From assembly GCF_009914755.1 (NCBI RefSeq), contig NC_060930.1: 64,000 nt of DNA; one strand, 5' to 3'. Position numbers and translations under genes: made by a program. Source of the stretch: the human T2T-CHM13v2.0 reference genome, Homo sapiens. The notes beneath the pieces are model-generated. The model did no database searches. It worked only from the letters and a program-made list of their open reading frames with translations, and had not been told where the DNA came from. Positions 1 through 14,569 of this stretch are shown piece by piece; the first letter of the stretch is position 1, and each line of letters starts with the position of its first letter.

Positions 1-100
1 CAGTTACCCTAATTTGATTACAGGAATGTATCAAATTGTCAAATGTACCCCCAAAATATGTACATCTAATATGTATCAATAAATAAATTAATTAATTAAA
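1..100 (+). mobile_element. 3' end of an old L1 (L1MA-like), cut by the window edge
   Basis: 'atgtacccccaaaatatgtaca...tatgtatcaataaa' resembles the L1MA 3' terminus and the copy at 52193-52409. Confidence 0.7.
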
Positions 101-1531
101 AAGTGACAAAGTTGCACAACATTGTGCACACCATGGGTGGAATAACCTGGGTGACAGCCCACTGTGGAATGGCTCCACTGCCTTCCCTCATGGTGCACTG
201 CCAGCAAGAAGATGTGGCTGCCATCATGCTCAACTGCACAGGACACCAGGCTTGATTTATCTGAGAAGGCTGCTTTCTGGAGCCTGGAAACATGGCAGCC
301 CTGAGGGAGAGGCCCAACCTGGCAGACTCGCTGTGCAAATCAAAAGGCAGGAACTCTTGGGACTACTTTTCAGAGCAAGAACCGGCACATGTAGAAAACT
401 GCAACAGGTGAAGCAAGATGGTCCTCAAGAGGAGTTGCTCAAAAACAGGCATCAACTAGACAGGATTTTGGGGTATAAATATGTACTTAGTTTAAATGGA
501 TTACATTTTAGGAGGCTGACGGTATTTATGAAGAAATGTGTCTGTTAAAACTAGAAATATGGGACAAAAGTGTTGGTTTGTGTTGTATCTATTCTGTCTG
601 CAATGATATCTGTGCATTTATGGATTTTTCCATAGTACTCAGCTTAACGTAAAAAATACCAGAACCTTATGCAATGATGATTCATTGTATTTGCTTTTAG
701 ATATTTTTCCAAATCCATATTAGGCATTTCTTGAAAAAGGGCAATTGAGCAGATTTTAAAGGTCTTACATTGAGTAATTTGTCTCAATCACTATGCTAGG
801 CAGTATAGGGTGGGCAAAAACAAAACAAAACAAAAAAGAATGAAAAGAAAAGTGCTGAGGAACTGGGAAGGGGTGGCAGAGAATTTGAGAAGGCTTCATG
901 TGGGAGGTAACATTTAGACTGGATCTTGAAGGATGAGTAGGAGCTTTAATGAGTTGGGTGAGAGGGGAACAAAATGAGAACGAACACAAAGTTTCTTCTC
1001 TTGTCTTTCTTTCCACCCTTCTGTGCAGTTTCCTCTTTGAAGTCTTGCATGTAGTGTGCAATATGTGTGGAATCATTAATAGTAGAAAGATTGAGGTTCA
1101 GAGCCACTAACCCAATTCCTACGTGCCACACAGTAAGAGGCAGCCTGTGGCTAAACTCAGGTCCGTTTGTTACTAAGCCAAAATATCAAAGGGCTGCCTT
1201 TTATACTTTTCCCAATCTCACTCTCTGGATCTAATAATAAAAATAAATGAAAGAAGACAAGATAAAATTTATTTATCTTTTCTGTATTTCATCCTTCACT
1301 CAGGTTTGCATTATGAAGAGCAGCTGATTGCAATCGTTCTCATGAACAATTTAGATTTTCTTTTTTATATAATTAGGACATTAATTTTGTTCACTTTTCA
1401 TACTAAAAGTTCATACTAAAAGTTTAGGATTTAAACTCTAAATCCTAATACTATATTTTAGCTTTTAAAGTAAGTAATTATATGTCCATCATAAGTCATA
1501 CTTATTTTCAAATTCACTGATAAGTAAAACA

Positions 1532-2082
<551 letters not shown>

Positions 2083-2699
2083 CTAGGGTGCTGTCTTGCA
2101 GGACTTTTATTATATACTCAGACTACCCCTGGGGTGAACAAGAATACTATGAATCAAGGCTCTTCTGTTTTCCAGTCATTGGCTTGGATGTGGACTGTGT
2201 TTCAGCCCTTGGGCAAAACTTTTCATTCCCTCAACATTTATTAGCCACTACCACCCTCACCCCACCCCATGTGCAACCACTGTTACTATGTCTGGGGCCT
2301 CAGCAAGTAGTCAAGCATATGACGATTATTTTTGTAATGAGACTTTTTAAGCCAAAAAATTGATTTAAAGCCTTATTTCACATTTCACAGGAAAAATTCT
2401 CTCATAGACTTAGATCAGGCAAGGAGACATCAAATCCCTGATACTGAACTGATGGTGATGGGACACATTCTGATCTCTAAGCTGATTCAGAGCTGAGGAC
2501 TGGCAACTCCTGGGGAGCACCATGCATATACTAGCACTCCAGTATGACAGGCACCCCTGGAGTTGGCAGTGGGGTGCCCTGCAAGTGAGTTTGGATCAGT
2601 AGGTCAGGAAAGATCCGTTAATGAGAAATGCACGACTCATGAGGATAATGTCATAATTACAAATCAGCAAGGCAAAAGAAAATATTGCAATGCTAATGA

Positions 2700-2920
2700 A
2701 TATGAAGCCTAGTGCCAAATTGTCATGAGTTCAAATACTGGTTTATGTATGTGATCTTGTGCAAGTTACTTAACTCCTACAGGTCTCATTCTTGTCATCT
2801 GTATGTGGAGTTAGTAGTAGTATCTAATATATATAGGGTTTTAATGAGGATAAGATAGCATTTGTAAAGCAAGTGGACACTCTCTGACACATAGTAATTA
2901 TCCTATTAAGTGTTTGTTTA
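2700..2920 (+). mobile_element. MIR fragment
   Basis: 'gtgatcttgtgcaagttacttaactc...tcatctgta' MIR core. Confidence 0.7.
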
Positions 2921-3170
2921 ACAAATTATAAAACACATTTGATTGGTCATCCTGCAGATGCTTAGCAAAATTAGACATGAATCACATGGCCAAGATTTTT
3001 TCCTGTCTATTCTCAAACACTGAAGTTGTTGTAATGCTATCTTACTTCAAATTAGAATGACTTTCATTATGTTTTACACATTTGCCATACTCTACAGTCC
3101 TTTAAAGAGAGAGTGAAAACAAAACTCTATATCAATTATAATGATACATGTGTATAAAGACATAAGTGTC

Positions 3171-3470
<300 letters not shown>

Positions 3471-3479
3471 CAAGAAATA

Positions 3480-4330
3480 TATGTCTTTTACTGCATTGTT
3501 TGAAAAATTAGAACCAATTAGAAGTCTATCAGTGGAAGATTGAATAAATTGTGGCATACTCATAAAACATAATAGTAGACATCATTTAAAATAAATGAAT
3601 TAGCTCTCCATGAGACAACAAGGATGCATTTCTAAAACAAGGATAAGCCATGAAGAAGCCTAGGAGAATATTTACAGCATTTACAGTAAACCTTCACATA
3701 AAATTTAAAAACACATGAAAGAAAGTCATATACTATTTTGAATACACGCACACATAGAAATGTGAACCAAAACAGGAGCCTAAAAGATACATAACAAAAT
3801 CAAGATGATAAGGCTGGCGTGGTGGCTCATGCCTGTAAATCCCAGCATTTTGGAAGGCCAAGGCGGGTGGATTCTTTGAGCCCAGGAGTTCAAGACCACC
3901 TGGGCAACATGGCAAAACCCCATCTCTACAAAGAAATGCAAAAATTAGCTGGGCTTGCTACTCAAGAGGCTGAAGCAGGAGGATCACTTGAGCCCAGGAA
4001 GTCAGGGCTTCAGAGAGCCATGGTCACGCCACTGCACTCCAGTCTGGGAGACAGAGAGAGACCCTGTCTGAAACAAGCAAACAAACAAAAACACCCCCCA
4101 CAAACAAAAACAACAACAAAAAAACAATATCAAGATGATCATTTGAGGAAGGAGGGATGGAAATGAAATCTGGCAGGGACAGAGAGGGGACTTTTATTTC
4201 ATCTGTAAAATTTTCTTTCTCAAAAAATAAAGATCTGAGAAAAACACAGCAAACTGTTAACATTTATTAAATCAGGGAGGAGGACAGATTATTCTCTAAT
4301 CTTTTTACTTATATTTTAACATATTGATAA
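3480..4330 (+). mobile_element. Old L1 (L1ME-like) 3' fragments, interrupted by the Alu at 3811
   Basis: 'ttgaataaattgtggcatactcataaaac' and 'gcaaactgttaacattt' resemble L1M 3' UTR motifs. Confidence 0.5.
3811..4122 (+). mobile_element. Alu (AluJ-like) with an internal deletion in the right arm
   Basis: Alu dimer flanked by TSD aacaa(a/t)atcaagatgat at 3793-3809 and 4123-4139. Confidence 0.93.
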
Positions 4331-5379
4331 TAAAAATAGTAAACAGAATGCATTTAATTGCCAAACTGTAATTCTAAAGTTTCCATCCATGGATTTTATT
4401 GCTTCTCCCAGTTAATTTAAAAAAAGGTGGGGTGGATTTCAAAACATTAGCATATTACCAGCTGTACTGGTGTTTCTTATAGATGGCCCTGTTTCATGAG
4501 GTTTGGGTAGTGCTGGCATGGGGACTCTAAGGAATGTATTTTCATTATTCTAGAAAGAGTTTTAATGGTCTGTTGCAGATCAGCATTAATGGGAGTCATG
4601 TAGATAAATCCCCAAGCTGGCTTTTCAACGGTTGCATTTTTTGCTTAGCCAAAAATAAAAAAGCCTTCCTCTTGCCCTCCTGAATAATTCTGCTAAGCAA
4701 GCATGTTGTCTATTTTCAGGTACTTCAAATGAAACAATATGGAAGCATTTATTTAGGGTGTTTTGCACTGCAAACTTCAGCAGAATGGCAAGGCAACTAA
4801 TCATTCCTTTGAATCTATGTAATGAAGAACACTTTGAATATGTTATTGATTGATGGAACAAACAGCACCATAGCCCATTTTTTCAGTGCTATGTATTGAG
4901 ATGTGGCTGGTGCGCTCTGAGTCTGGCAATTCTGTGTTCACTGTGTAAATTAACTGGGACAAGGGTCTGTGACTTTAGAATTGCAGTGTGAAGGTTAAAT
5001 ATGCCATTGACCTTTTTATGTCCAAGGTACAGTGTATTATGTGTAAAATGTTCACCAAATTAATTTTGTCACACGTTGTCTACATTCTAACTAGAAAACA
5101 ATTCTCGTAGGCTGAAACATGAATGTTTCTAATAGATATATTTTCAGTGCCTCAATTGCAATGGGATTTAACATTGCTGAGATTATTAAACATGAAATTT
5201 ATTTATACATTTATGTTATTTATTGACTGCCTGACATGCACTGTGGGATCTGGGAATAAAGTGACTACCAAGACAATTCTGCTCTCTCCAAATTATTAAT
5301 AATCTAATGTGTAATAGAGTGAAGAAAGTAGGTAATTATAAGACAGGAGGATAAGCACCATGTATAAATAAAGGGTGTT

Positions 5380-5683
<304 letters not shown>

Positions 5684-5984
5684 TTAAGGAAGCACACAGC
5701 AGGAAAACCTAGCCCAGTCTAGGGTACTAAGAGTATCAAGGAAGGCTTCCTGGTAGAAGTGTGTATGCTGAGACTTCATTTGGAGACAGAAGGAAGAATA
5801 GTCCAAGCAGAGGAAACAGCACATGGAAAGGCCCAGAGACAAGAGAAAGCGTACTTTGGGCCAAATGTTCAGGTCATTTCTTTGGTATGAAGAGTCTTCA
5901 CCACTCTGTGGTTGTATCTCTTTGGGATTCTTAGCTCGAGTCACCATGAGAATGGCCATTGAAAATTAATCATCTAAAAGTCCT

Positions 5985-6433
<449 letters not shown>

Positions 6434-7291
6434 ATTGACAAGACAAATCCTGACGAATGTGTTGATTGTCAAACATGTAAGGCAAGTCAGAGAGGCAGAA
6501 GAGCTGTTCAAAGACTGCCAAAATGATCTGGCGGTGAAGAACTGACCTTGCGGATCACATCTGCCAGCCTTCTCATGTGCAAAACCATGAAAAGAGTGAC
6601 TCATATTCTAGCACTGGCTCTTGACATATTCAGACAGTATTTCACTTTTTTTTTGTTTTCAATTCATTGATTCATTCACTCCAAAACACTTAGCTAACCC
6701 TTGCTATATGTCAGTATGCTAGAGGCTATGGATAAGTATATGAGTAAGACATTAACTCTACCTTTGGATAAAAGCACCCAGTCTAGTGAAGAGTCAGTAA
6801 TCACAATCCTATGAAAGGATTAATCAGAGATGGATGTGCATTACCCAGTTGGGGAAAGGGCTTAGCCAAAAGACCAGAGAAGGGCTACATTTTGAAAAAT
6901 GAATAGGAGTTTGCAAGATGGGGAGCGCAGTTCCCTGATACAGAAAGACTTTGTGCATGCTTGAAGGCTTGAAGGCTATGAGAAGTGTGGCTTGGAAGAG
7001 TAGGCTGGCAAACTGATTTGACCACCAAAGGTCAAGAGACCCTTCTCTCCTATTGTCAACTGGCCACAACTCATGCTTTGACAGTCTGTATGTAACTGAA
7101 AGCTTTGTGCTCACAAGTCTTCATAGGGTTGGAAAGACCACCTCATTATCATGGTCATTGGAATACAGCTAAGAGCAGAAATAAGTAGCTCTGATTCTGA
7201 GAGTGGTCCAAATACAGCTGAGGATCCAATGTTCTTCTGAGGCTTTGAGGACCAGCTGAAGTACATCTCTAGGACTAAAGATGTGTGTCAC

Positions 7292-7803
7292 TGTTTAGGC
7301 AGCCTCTAAGATGGCCTCCAAGGATCTCTGCCTCCTGGTATTCACTCCCTTATGAAATTCTCTCCCCTTGAATGTGGGCTGGACTTATTGACCCTTTGTT
7401 AAAGAATACAGTAGGGTAGAAGTGTCACTTTTGAGATTAGGTTATAAAAACCTTATCTTCCATCTTTGGTGTTCTCTCTCTCTCTCATTGTTTGTCCTGG
7501 GATAAAACAAATGCCATGTTTTGAGGCAGTACTGTACAAAGGTCCTTGGGGTAAGGGACCAACGCCCACCCACAGCCATGTGAGTGAGCTTGGAAGCAGG
7601 TCCCTCCCCAGTCATTTCTTCAGATGACACTGCATTCCCGGTTGACAACTGGCTGCAACTTACTAGGAGAACTTGAGCTGGAGACACTCAGTTAAGCTCT
7701 AACCTGGTTCTTGACCCACAAAAACTGCGAGATAATCAGTATTTCTTGTTTTAAACAGCTCTGTCTCTGGATATCTTGTTACACAGCCATAAATATGGTA
7801 TAT
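7292..7803 (+). mobile_element. MaLR solo LTR (MLT1F-like)
   Basis: Starts 'tgtttaggcagcctctaagatggcctcc...ctcctggtattcac' and ends 'tgttacacagccataaa...'. Confidence 0.8.
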
Positions 7804-8618
7804 AGTCACCATTCACTAAGTTTCTGTACATCTACATCCTCTATGAAGACCCCACAGGTTGGCTACAGAGAATTATTATTGTTCCTGATCATGATTGCCC
7901 TGCCTTGAGAAATAAGGTTTATCTCAGGCCTGAAATATATGTAAAAATAAGAATGAAGAACTAAGAGATTCAAAGTCTGTTCTTATGCTACCAGTTTAAA
8001 ATGCAAGATGGTGAAGATTATAGTTGTTGGCAGTATTAAAAGTGTTGTCAAATGGCACTCTTTTTCATCTGAGAGTGATGCCCCAACTTGCTGTCTCTTC
8101 CCATCACCCACAAACCACTAGAGTGCATGCAACATTCAAAGCTGATCAGGAACTCAGGATAGCATCTCAGAGTCTTACTACAGATCTGCTGCCAAGCACA
8201 AGCCTTTTTCTGTTTGGTTCTTTCATTTTTATCTATTTTATCACAATCCTGAAATTTAGAATGATTTGGAATGTTGTGTTTATGCAGCCTTTCTGGTACA
8301 CCTTTCCTTTCATTTTCATATGATGTAATTATGTTATCCTTCATTTATTCACACACAAAAGATGTTTTGCATGGTAAGCTTATAACCTGCCCAGTCTTAC
8401 TCTGGCATAGAAAGTAACTTGAAAAGCCAAAATCTGCAATAAAGTTAATTTGCTAAATAAAAACATGTGGGTATCTGATACGTTGATTTATTTGTTTAAA
8501 TATTTGGTAAACTTTAGGTTAAAAATATATAATGTTGCAACATATTAGAATTCTTCTAAATGTACAATTTATTCTATTTCAGGAACCTAACCCATTTCTT
8601 CTTAACTTTGTAACACAG

Positions 8619-8746
8619 GAGAAGAAAACCTCCTGGCAATTTTACGACGAAGATGGTGGAAGTACATGATTTTGGGACTCATAGACCTGGAAGCAAATTA
8701 TCTGGTGGTCAAGGCTTACCAATACACAACTCTGACCAGTATCCAG
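8619..8746 (+). CDS. SLC35F1: SLC35F1 internal coding exon (likely exon 3), 128 nt, phase 1->0: (G)[42 protein letters not shown]
   Basis: Acceptor ...ctttgtaacacag|GA, donor CAG|gtaccc. The translation matches the recalled SLC35F1 protein and continues in frame into the next exon. Confidence 0.96.
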
Positions 8747-10429
8747 GTACCCATGGTTCTTCTTCCCTTCTCAACTTCCTCTATCCAGATGTAGTTTACT
8801 TTCAGTTTAGTCCTTGAAAATCTCTATACTACAAGTTACTATCTGTATACTATACTATAGTATACAGACTGCAGTATACAGATTCTGTATACTATAAGTC
8901 TATGAGTTTTGCAACAAGATGGAAACTGGTTATATAAAAATTAACTTGAACTTTATTTATATGTCTTAATAATCCTTTAAATTTAAGTGTAATTGGACAT
9001 ATGTTTTCTCTTTGTTTTGAATATATTGCAATTACTATTGACAATGTAAAAAAAATTTGTGGCTTTGAATGCTGTCAACTAATCTTATGTTAGCAGGAGA
9101 ATTATTAATAAATATAAAAACAAATCAATTTTAATCACAACTTATAACTTTTTAGAATGTTAATAGACTTTGATTAAATAATCAAACTGCTTAATAATCT
9201 TTTCTTTTAGCTTTTTTAATGTGTAGAATTTGCAACCTGAAGGGACAGGATTTTTCCTAAAGGGACAAGGAGTCAATTCTTAAAATGTGTTATGCGTGAA
9301 GATAGCTACTGTGTTTCTTTCCCCCTTCTTCCCTCTCCTTCTCTTTCTCACATGAACACACACACACACAATTGCAAGTTTACCTTCGCTTTTCACAATT
9401 TTTGACAGACATATATATTCCTCATTACACTGTAAATGATAAACTTAACTATTTTTGTTTCATCTTCACTTCTTTTTATATGGTAATATTATTAATTCCA
9501 TACCATTGCAAAGCTCTAGGATAAAACACAAAACAAAACATTGTTCTCATATTAGATTTAGTTTAGCTTTGATACTTCCTGCCATCTTGTCTATTTGCTT
9601 ACGAACAATAATGACAAAAATGGAGAAACAAGCAGCAAAGCACTTGAAAAAATTAGATGAAATACAGTGGGTGGGAAACTATCTACACCTGACTTAGTTT
9701 TCCTACCATCTGATTTTCATATGAACTTCAAAGATAGCTTGAAATGAAAGTAATTAATGGTAGCATTTTTCCAGGACCACCTCCATATGCACGTTGTGTT
9801 CCAAGAGCTTTTGTGGGATCAGATTCCTAGTCAGGTGCATATTGAAGAAAATAGATAACTGATAAGGGAGACCTGAGCCTGCCCGGTCACTTTAATCCTT
9901 AGCACCCTGTGACTTTTAGACTGATGTTGGAAGAGATACAAGGCAATAGCCAGATGCCTCATGAGACTCCAGAAGGAGTGCATTCTGCCTCTTGGCACTT
10001 GCCTTTTTAAAAATTTCCTTGTATGAAATCCTTTCTCTCCCTTTTAGAACTTTCTTTTCTCCAGTTTTTAGAGCCCTGCTCTCCCTAAAGTTGGCCTTTT
10101 TGTTTCTTTTTCATCCTCTCCAAGATGAAAAAGAGACACAAAATGCCTCCATGCACAATATATAACATTTCTTTATGTTAAAAAATATATTGGGGGATAC
10201 TCATACTCTCTATTCTCTATACATTGTCAGTGCTATTAGGACATTTTTAAGGACCTTGAAAGCAAGAACTATGACTTTTTTAAAGTTAATTTATAAAGCT
10301 ACCTGGTACAGCATCATGCATAAATTAGCATTTAGACATAAACACACCAATTATAAATATGATTAAGCCATCACCTAGGACTCCCCCAGTTACATTTTCT
10401 TTATTTTGCGCAAGACCTCATGAATTCTA

Positions 10430-10433
<4 letters not shown>

Positions 10434-10460
<27 letters not shown>
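10434..10460 (+). repeat. (CA)n microsatellite
   Basis: Direct reading. Confidence 0.95.
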
Positions 10461-10466
<6 letters not shown>

Positions 10467-10504
10467 GTTGCAAATTCCAGAGGGAGAATAATTCAGTGCA
10501 TAAC

Positions 10505-10792
10505 TTTTTTTTTCCTTTGTCTCACTTTGTTACCCAGGCTGGAGTGCAGTGGCAGAAACATGCCTCACTGCTGCCTCAACTTCCTGGGCTAAAGCGATCC
10601 TCTGGCCTCAGCCCCCACAAGTAGCTGGGACTACAGGCACATGCCACCACACCTGGCTAATTTTTGTAGTTTTTCTAGAGATGGGATTTCCCCATGTTGC
10701 CCAGGCTGGTCTTGAACTCCTGGGCTCAAGAGATCCGCCCACCTCAGCCTCCTAAAGTGCTGGGATTACAGGCATGAGCCACACGCCCAGCC
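10505..10792 (-). mobile_element. Alu (AluJ-like), antisense
   Basis: Reverse Alu ending ...ggcatgagccacacgcccagcc. Confidence 0.94.
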
Positions 10793-11341
10793 CGTATGTC
10801 TTCTTTAACAGCGATAGTTATAATGTCCTTCATATTCACCTCTCCATACAATAAAGCTTTAAAATGGAAAAACCTTTTAGATACGTCGTAGTTGCACCAG
10901 TAATTTGGTATGCTGTGTGCAAATGAAATGAGTTTCATAAAATTGGTGAATTTACCACAAATGTAATTTTGAAGTCTTATTGTATATTTCTATGATACAT
11001 ACTAATACACTGAAAAAAATTATGGAAATAAAAATTATTGGCAGTGTTCTCTTTATGTATATCAACATTCATTATTCAGTGCAATCTGAAGTTCTCACTA
11101 GAAAAAAACATTGTTTCTTTCCTTCCACCTCCCCTCTTCCTTTCTCATCTTAGAAATGGTATAAGAATATTTCCCACTACAGATGTCCCATAAACACCTA
11201 TGTTTCTCTCTCTTAAACACACACACAATTTGCTACATTTTTAAAGTTAATACCCTGCTCAAGGTGTTTCTATTACTTGGAATATCCTTTTCGTCTCCAT
11301 CCCCTACCTAATGAAGTCCTATTTATTTCAAGGACCTCTGT

Positions 11342-11530
11342 ACCTTAGGATGCTTTCAAATTATGAATAACGGAAAGCCCAGCAGAAACTGTCTTTTGAT
11401 AAGCCGGGCATACAGTTGTGCACCTCTATAGTCCCAGCTGCCCAACTACTGGGGAGGCTGGGGCCAGAGGATTGCTTGAGGCCAAGAATTCAAGGTAGTC
11501 CTGGGTGATATAGCAAGATCCCATCTCTAA

Positions 11531-11570
<40 letters not shown>

Positions 11571-11900
11571 GGAATTTATTGATTCTCATAACTGGAACAT
11601 CTAGAAAAAGGATGATCTTCAGGATAGTTGGCCAAATGTCTTAATAATGTCATCAGGGACTCATTTTTGTTTTTCGTTTTTCCCATCTTTCCCCTCTACT
11701 GTCCCTTCTGCTAGATTTATGTTAAAGCAGGCTCCTCTCATGGTCATGAGATGGTTTTTAGCACAAATTGGGAGTACATGTCCTTCTTCCTTCATGTCCA
11801 ATGAGAGACAGAAAAGATGCTTGCCCACAACCATTGAATAAAAGTCTAGCACTGTATTCTGATTAGGCCACACTAATGGCCAAGGGGAATGCTGTGAGTT
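11342..11900. mobile_element. Old MaLR LTR (MLT1J/K/L-like) containing an Alu monomer
   Basis: 'ttaggatgctttc...gaataacggaaagccc' and 'gggaatttattgattctcataactggaa'. Confidence 0.5.
11402..11568 (+). mobile_element. Free left Alu monomer (FLAM-like) with a (TAA)n tail
   Basis: Single monomer ending 'agcaagatcccatctct', then about 13 TAA repeats. Confidence 0.85.
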
Positions 11901-13139
11901 AATTGGCTTAGACCTGAAGTATCTGAATCAATAGAAGAGGAGATTTCTCTCACTGATTTAGCTGAACATTTCTCAATAGAAGTACTGCTGGCATTTTGAG
12001 TGAACAGTACCCACTGATAGAGTCAGGGTGGGATCAACGCCATCCGGTCACATATCTGTCACCCATTAAGGGAGAGGTGAGACAGATGGATGCAGGAGGA
12101 AAAACCACAATGTCTGTACACCCAGTGTAGCTCCCATCTCCCATCAACAAACCCCACAATGAGAACAAGTCTCTCTCTCTCTCTCTCGTCTCCCGAGGTG
12201 CTTTGCTTTTTAGCTCTATTTGCAGTCTTTTACCTGAGAAGGATGTTTGCATATTCCCATCTACTCCACCAAACTGTGAGCTCTTTCATAGCAAGGATAG
12301 TCTCTTGTTCACCATTGAATCTCTAGTACCTAGAGGAAACCCCAGCACATACTAGATACTAAATACATGTTTGAAGAAGTTAATTGTATACATTGATTTC
12401 CAGTATTTTGGTGCACAGGAGCTCCCAGTGGTCCTTTATCTATATTTAGAGGCCCCCAGAATGTTCATAGAGGTAGGATGGGGAAAGGGAGGGAGGAATG
12501 TTAGCTTCACACCAAAACTGGACCCATTAGCCCAGAGTCAAAATGTATTAATGGACCTAAGGGGGAAATGAGGAGTGACTTTCCTGTTTGGAACCATAGT
12601 TGGCTTTTTTTTTCTGTTAAGCATTGAAAAAATTACAACAAATTGTTTCTTAAGTTCAGTGAGTTTTTTTTTAAGTTTTTTTAAGTATGTTTTGCCTGTG
12701 AACAGTGACAATTTATTCTTAATAGCTGGTCCCCTGATCCTCAGGTAGTTAGTTCAAACCTATGTTCTATACCTGCCACTATATCCATCCTGCCATCTTT
12801 CTCAAGTTAGCCATTTGACACCCTATTTAATGCTGCATTCTATGAAAACGTTTATTTTAATTCTGTAGTAAGAAAAATAATTTCAGTGAAATATCAATTA
12901 GTCCTCACTGTAATTTACTGAGCAAGGAACAGGGAAGTAAAAAGGCAAGTTGAATCTAACAGTTCTAGAACCATTTTTCCACCTATAACAAATAAATCTA
13001 TTAAATAATAAGTGATCAGAACAGAAGGCATTTCCTCTGTGAGCCATGTTTATAGTGCTGTTTAGTAATTTAGTTCTGTTTACTCACTACAGATTTATGG
13101 AACTGACAAGTACCTACTACAATTTTCCCTTGTTTCTAT

Positions 13140-14300
13140 AAATATTAATTGAACACATAGTATGTGTTTTACTCATATTAATCCATAAAGAAGACACGTT
13201 TATTTAGCTTCTGAGAAATGCAATAGTTACTGCAGGTGATATAAAGAGAAATGAATCAGCCTTGCCCTATGGGAGCTTATGAACTTCTAAAGGGGATAAG
13301 AGACACAGCTTAATGATAGTAACACCAAGTGTGGCAAGAGAGCAGACACCTAAGTGCTATGATTTTCAAAGGAGGCAGAGATGATAGTTGAAGAAAAGTC
13401 AAGAAAGTGTCCATTCAGATGGGTCTATGAGGTTGGATAAAAAGTGGAGAGGATAAAATGTGGGTATAACTTTGCATATGAAACAAACCTCATAACAGAA
13501 GCCTGGAGTCCCAAAACTCAAGGAATATGATTGGAGAACAATTATTTTCATCTGATTAATACAGTCACTTCAAAAGTAATTACTGAATACTTCGTGTTCA
13601 AGACACTGTATTAGGTGGTGAATGTATATGTAAGCAAAAATAAATACTGTACATATTCTCACAGAACTTCCAGTCAAGTGGGAAAGGCAGCTTTTAATCA
13701 AATAACCAAACGAATGAAGACATAATCAAGAATAAACATTCTGAAGGAAATCAACACAGTTCTCTGGGAACGTTTGTCAAAGCAATCTAACCCAAACTGG
13801 AAGGTTGGGAAAGATTTTCCTGAAGAACTGATGGTGGAACTGAGTAGATTAGTTGGAAGGGAAAGAGATTCAGGCTAAGCAGACAGCGTATTCAAGGCCC
13901 TATGTTGGGATGGACCATGGCAAGGATGAAGTTCCGAGCAGGGTCGTGTCTGGGCAAGGACACCAAAGAGAAGAGTGGCACAAGATGGCGAGACAAAGAG
14001 GCAGGGATCAGCCCCCACAGGTCTGGGTGGCCATTTCAAGTGTTTGGGTCTTTAGGCTAGTACCACCAGAAGCCACTGCAAAATTTTTAATCTGCAAGGT
14101 AATGTGACACATTTGAGTTTCAAAGACCATTGTGGCTGGTATGTGAACAGATTGAAGCAATAGGTACTCTAAAGGGAATAGAGGAAGTGAGAGCCAAGAG
14201 TTAAGCTGGGCCATATTGTAGAAGGTCTTCAATGCCAGAATGACTTAATGTTGTAGGTAAAAGAAAACCTGAATTTTTCTTAGGAAACAAATGATAGGAT
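13140..14300 (-). mobile_element. L2 fragments
   Basis: 'ttactgaatacttcgtgttcaagacactgtattagg' and 'aagaccattgtggctgg' L2-type motifs. Confidence 0.55.
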
Positions 14301-14569
14301 GTGACCCAAGCACATTTGTTTTAACAAGAGAGATTTCATTAATAATTGGCAGAGCACCAAATGCTCTTGTTTTCAGATTCTCTCAAAAACAGAGATGTAA
14401 ACAAAAAGGCATAAAGAGTCACTCCTTGCTCTATCCTCTTGCCCTTTCAGTTTCTGCACCACACTTATGGTTAAATGTCACAAACAATTGATATATGAAG
14501 CTTGAGAGGAAAATGTATATATATTGCTGCAATTTCATGTGAATCTATAATCATTGTAAAAATATAAGA

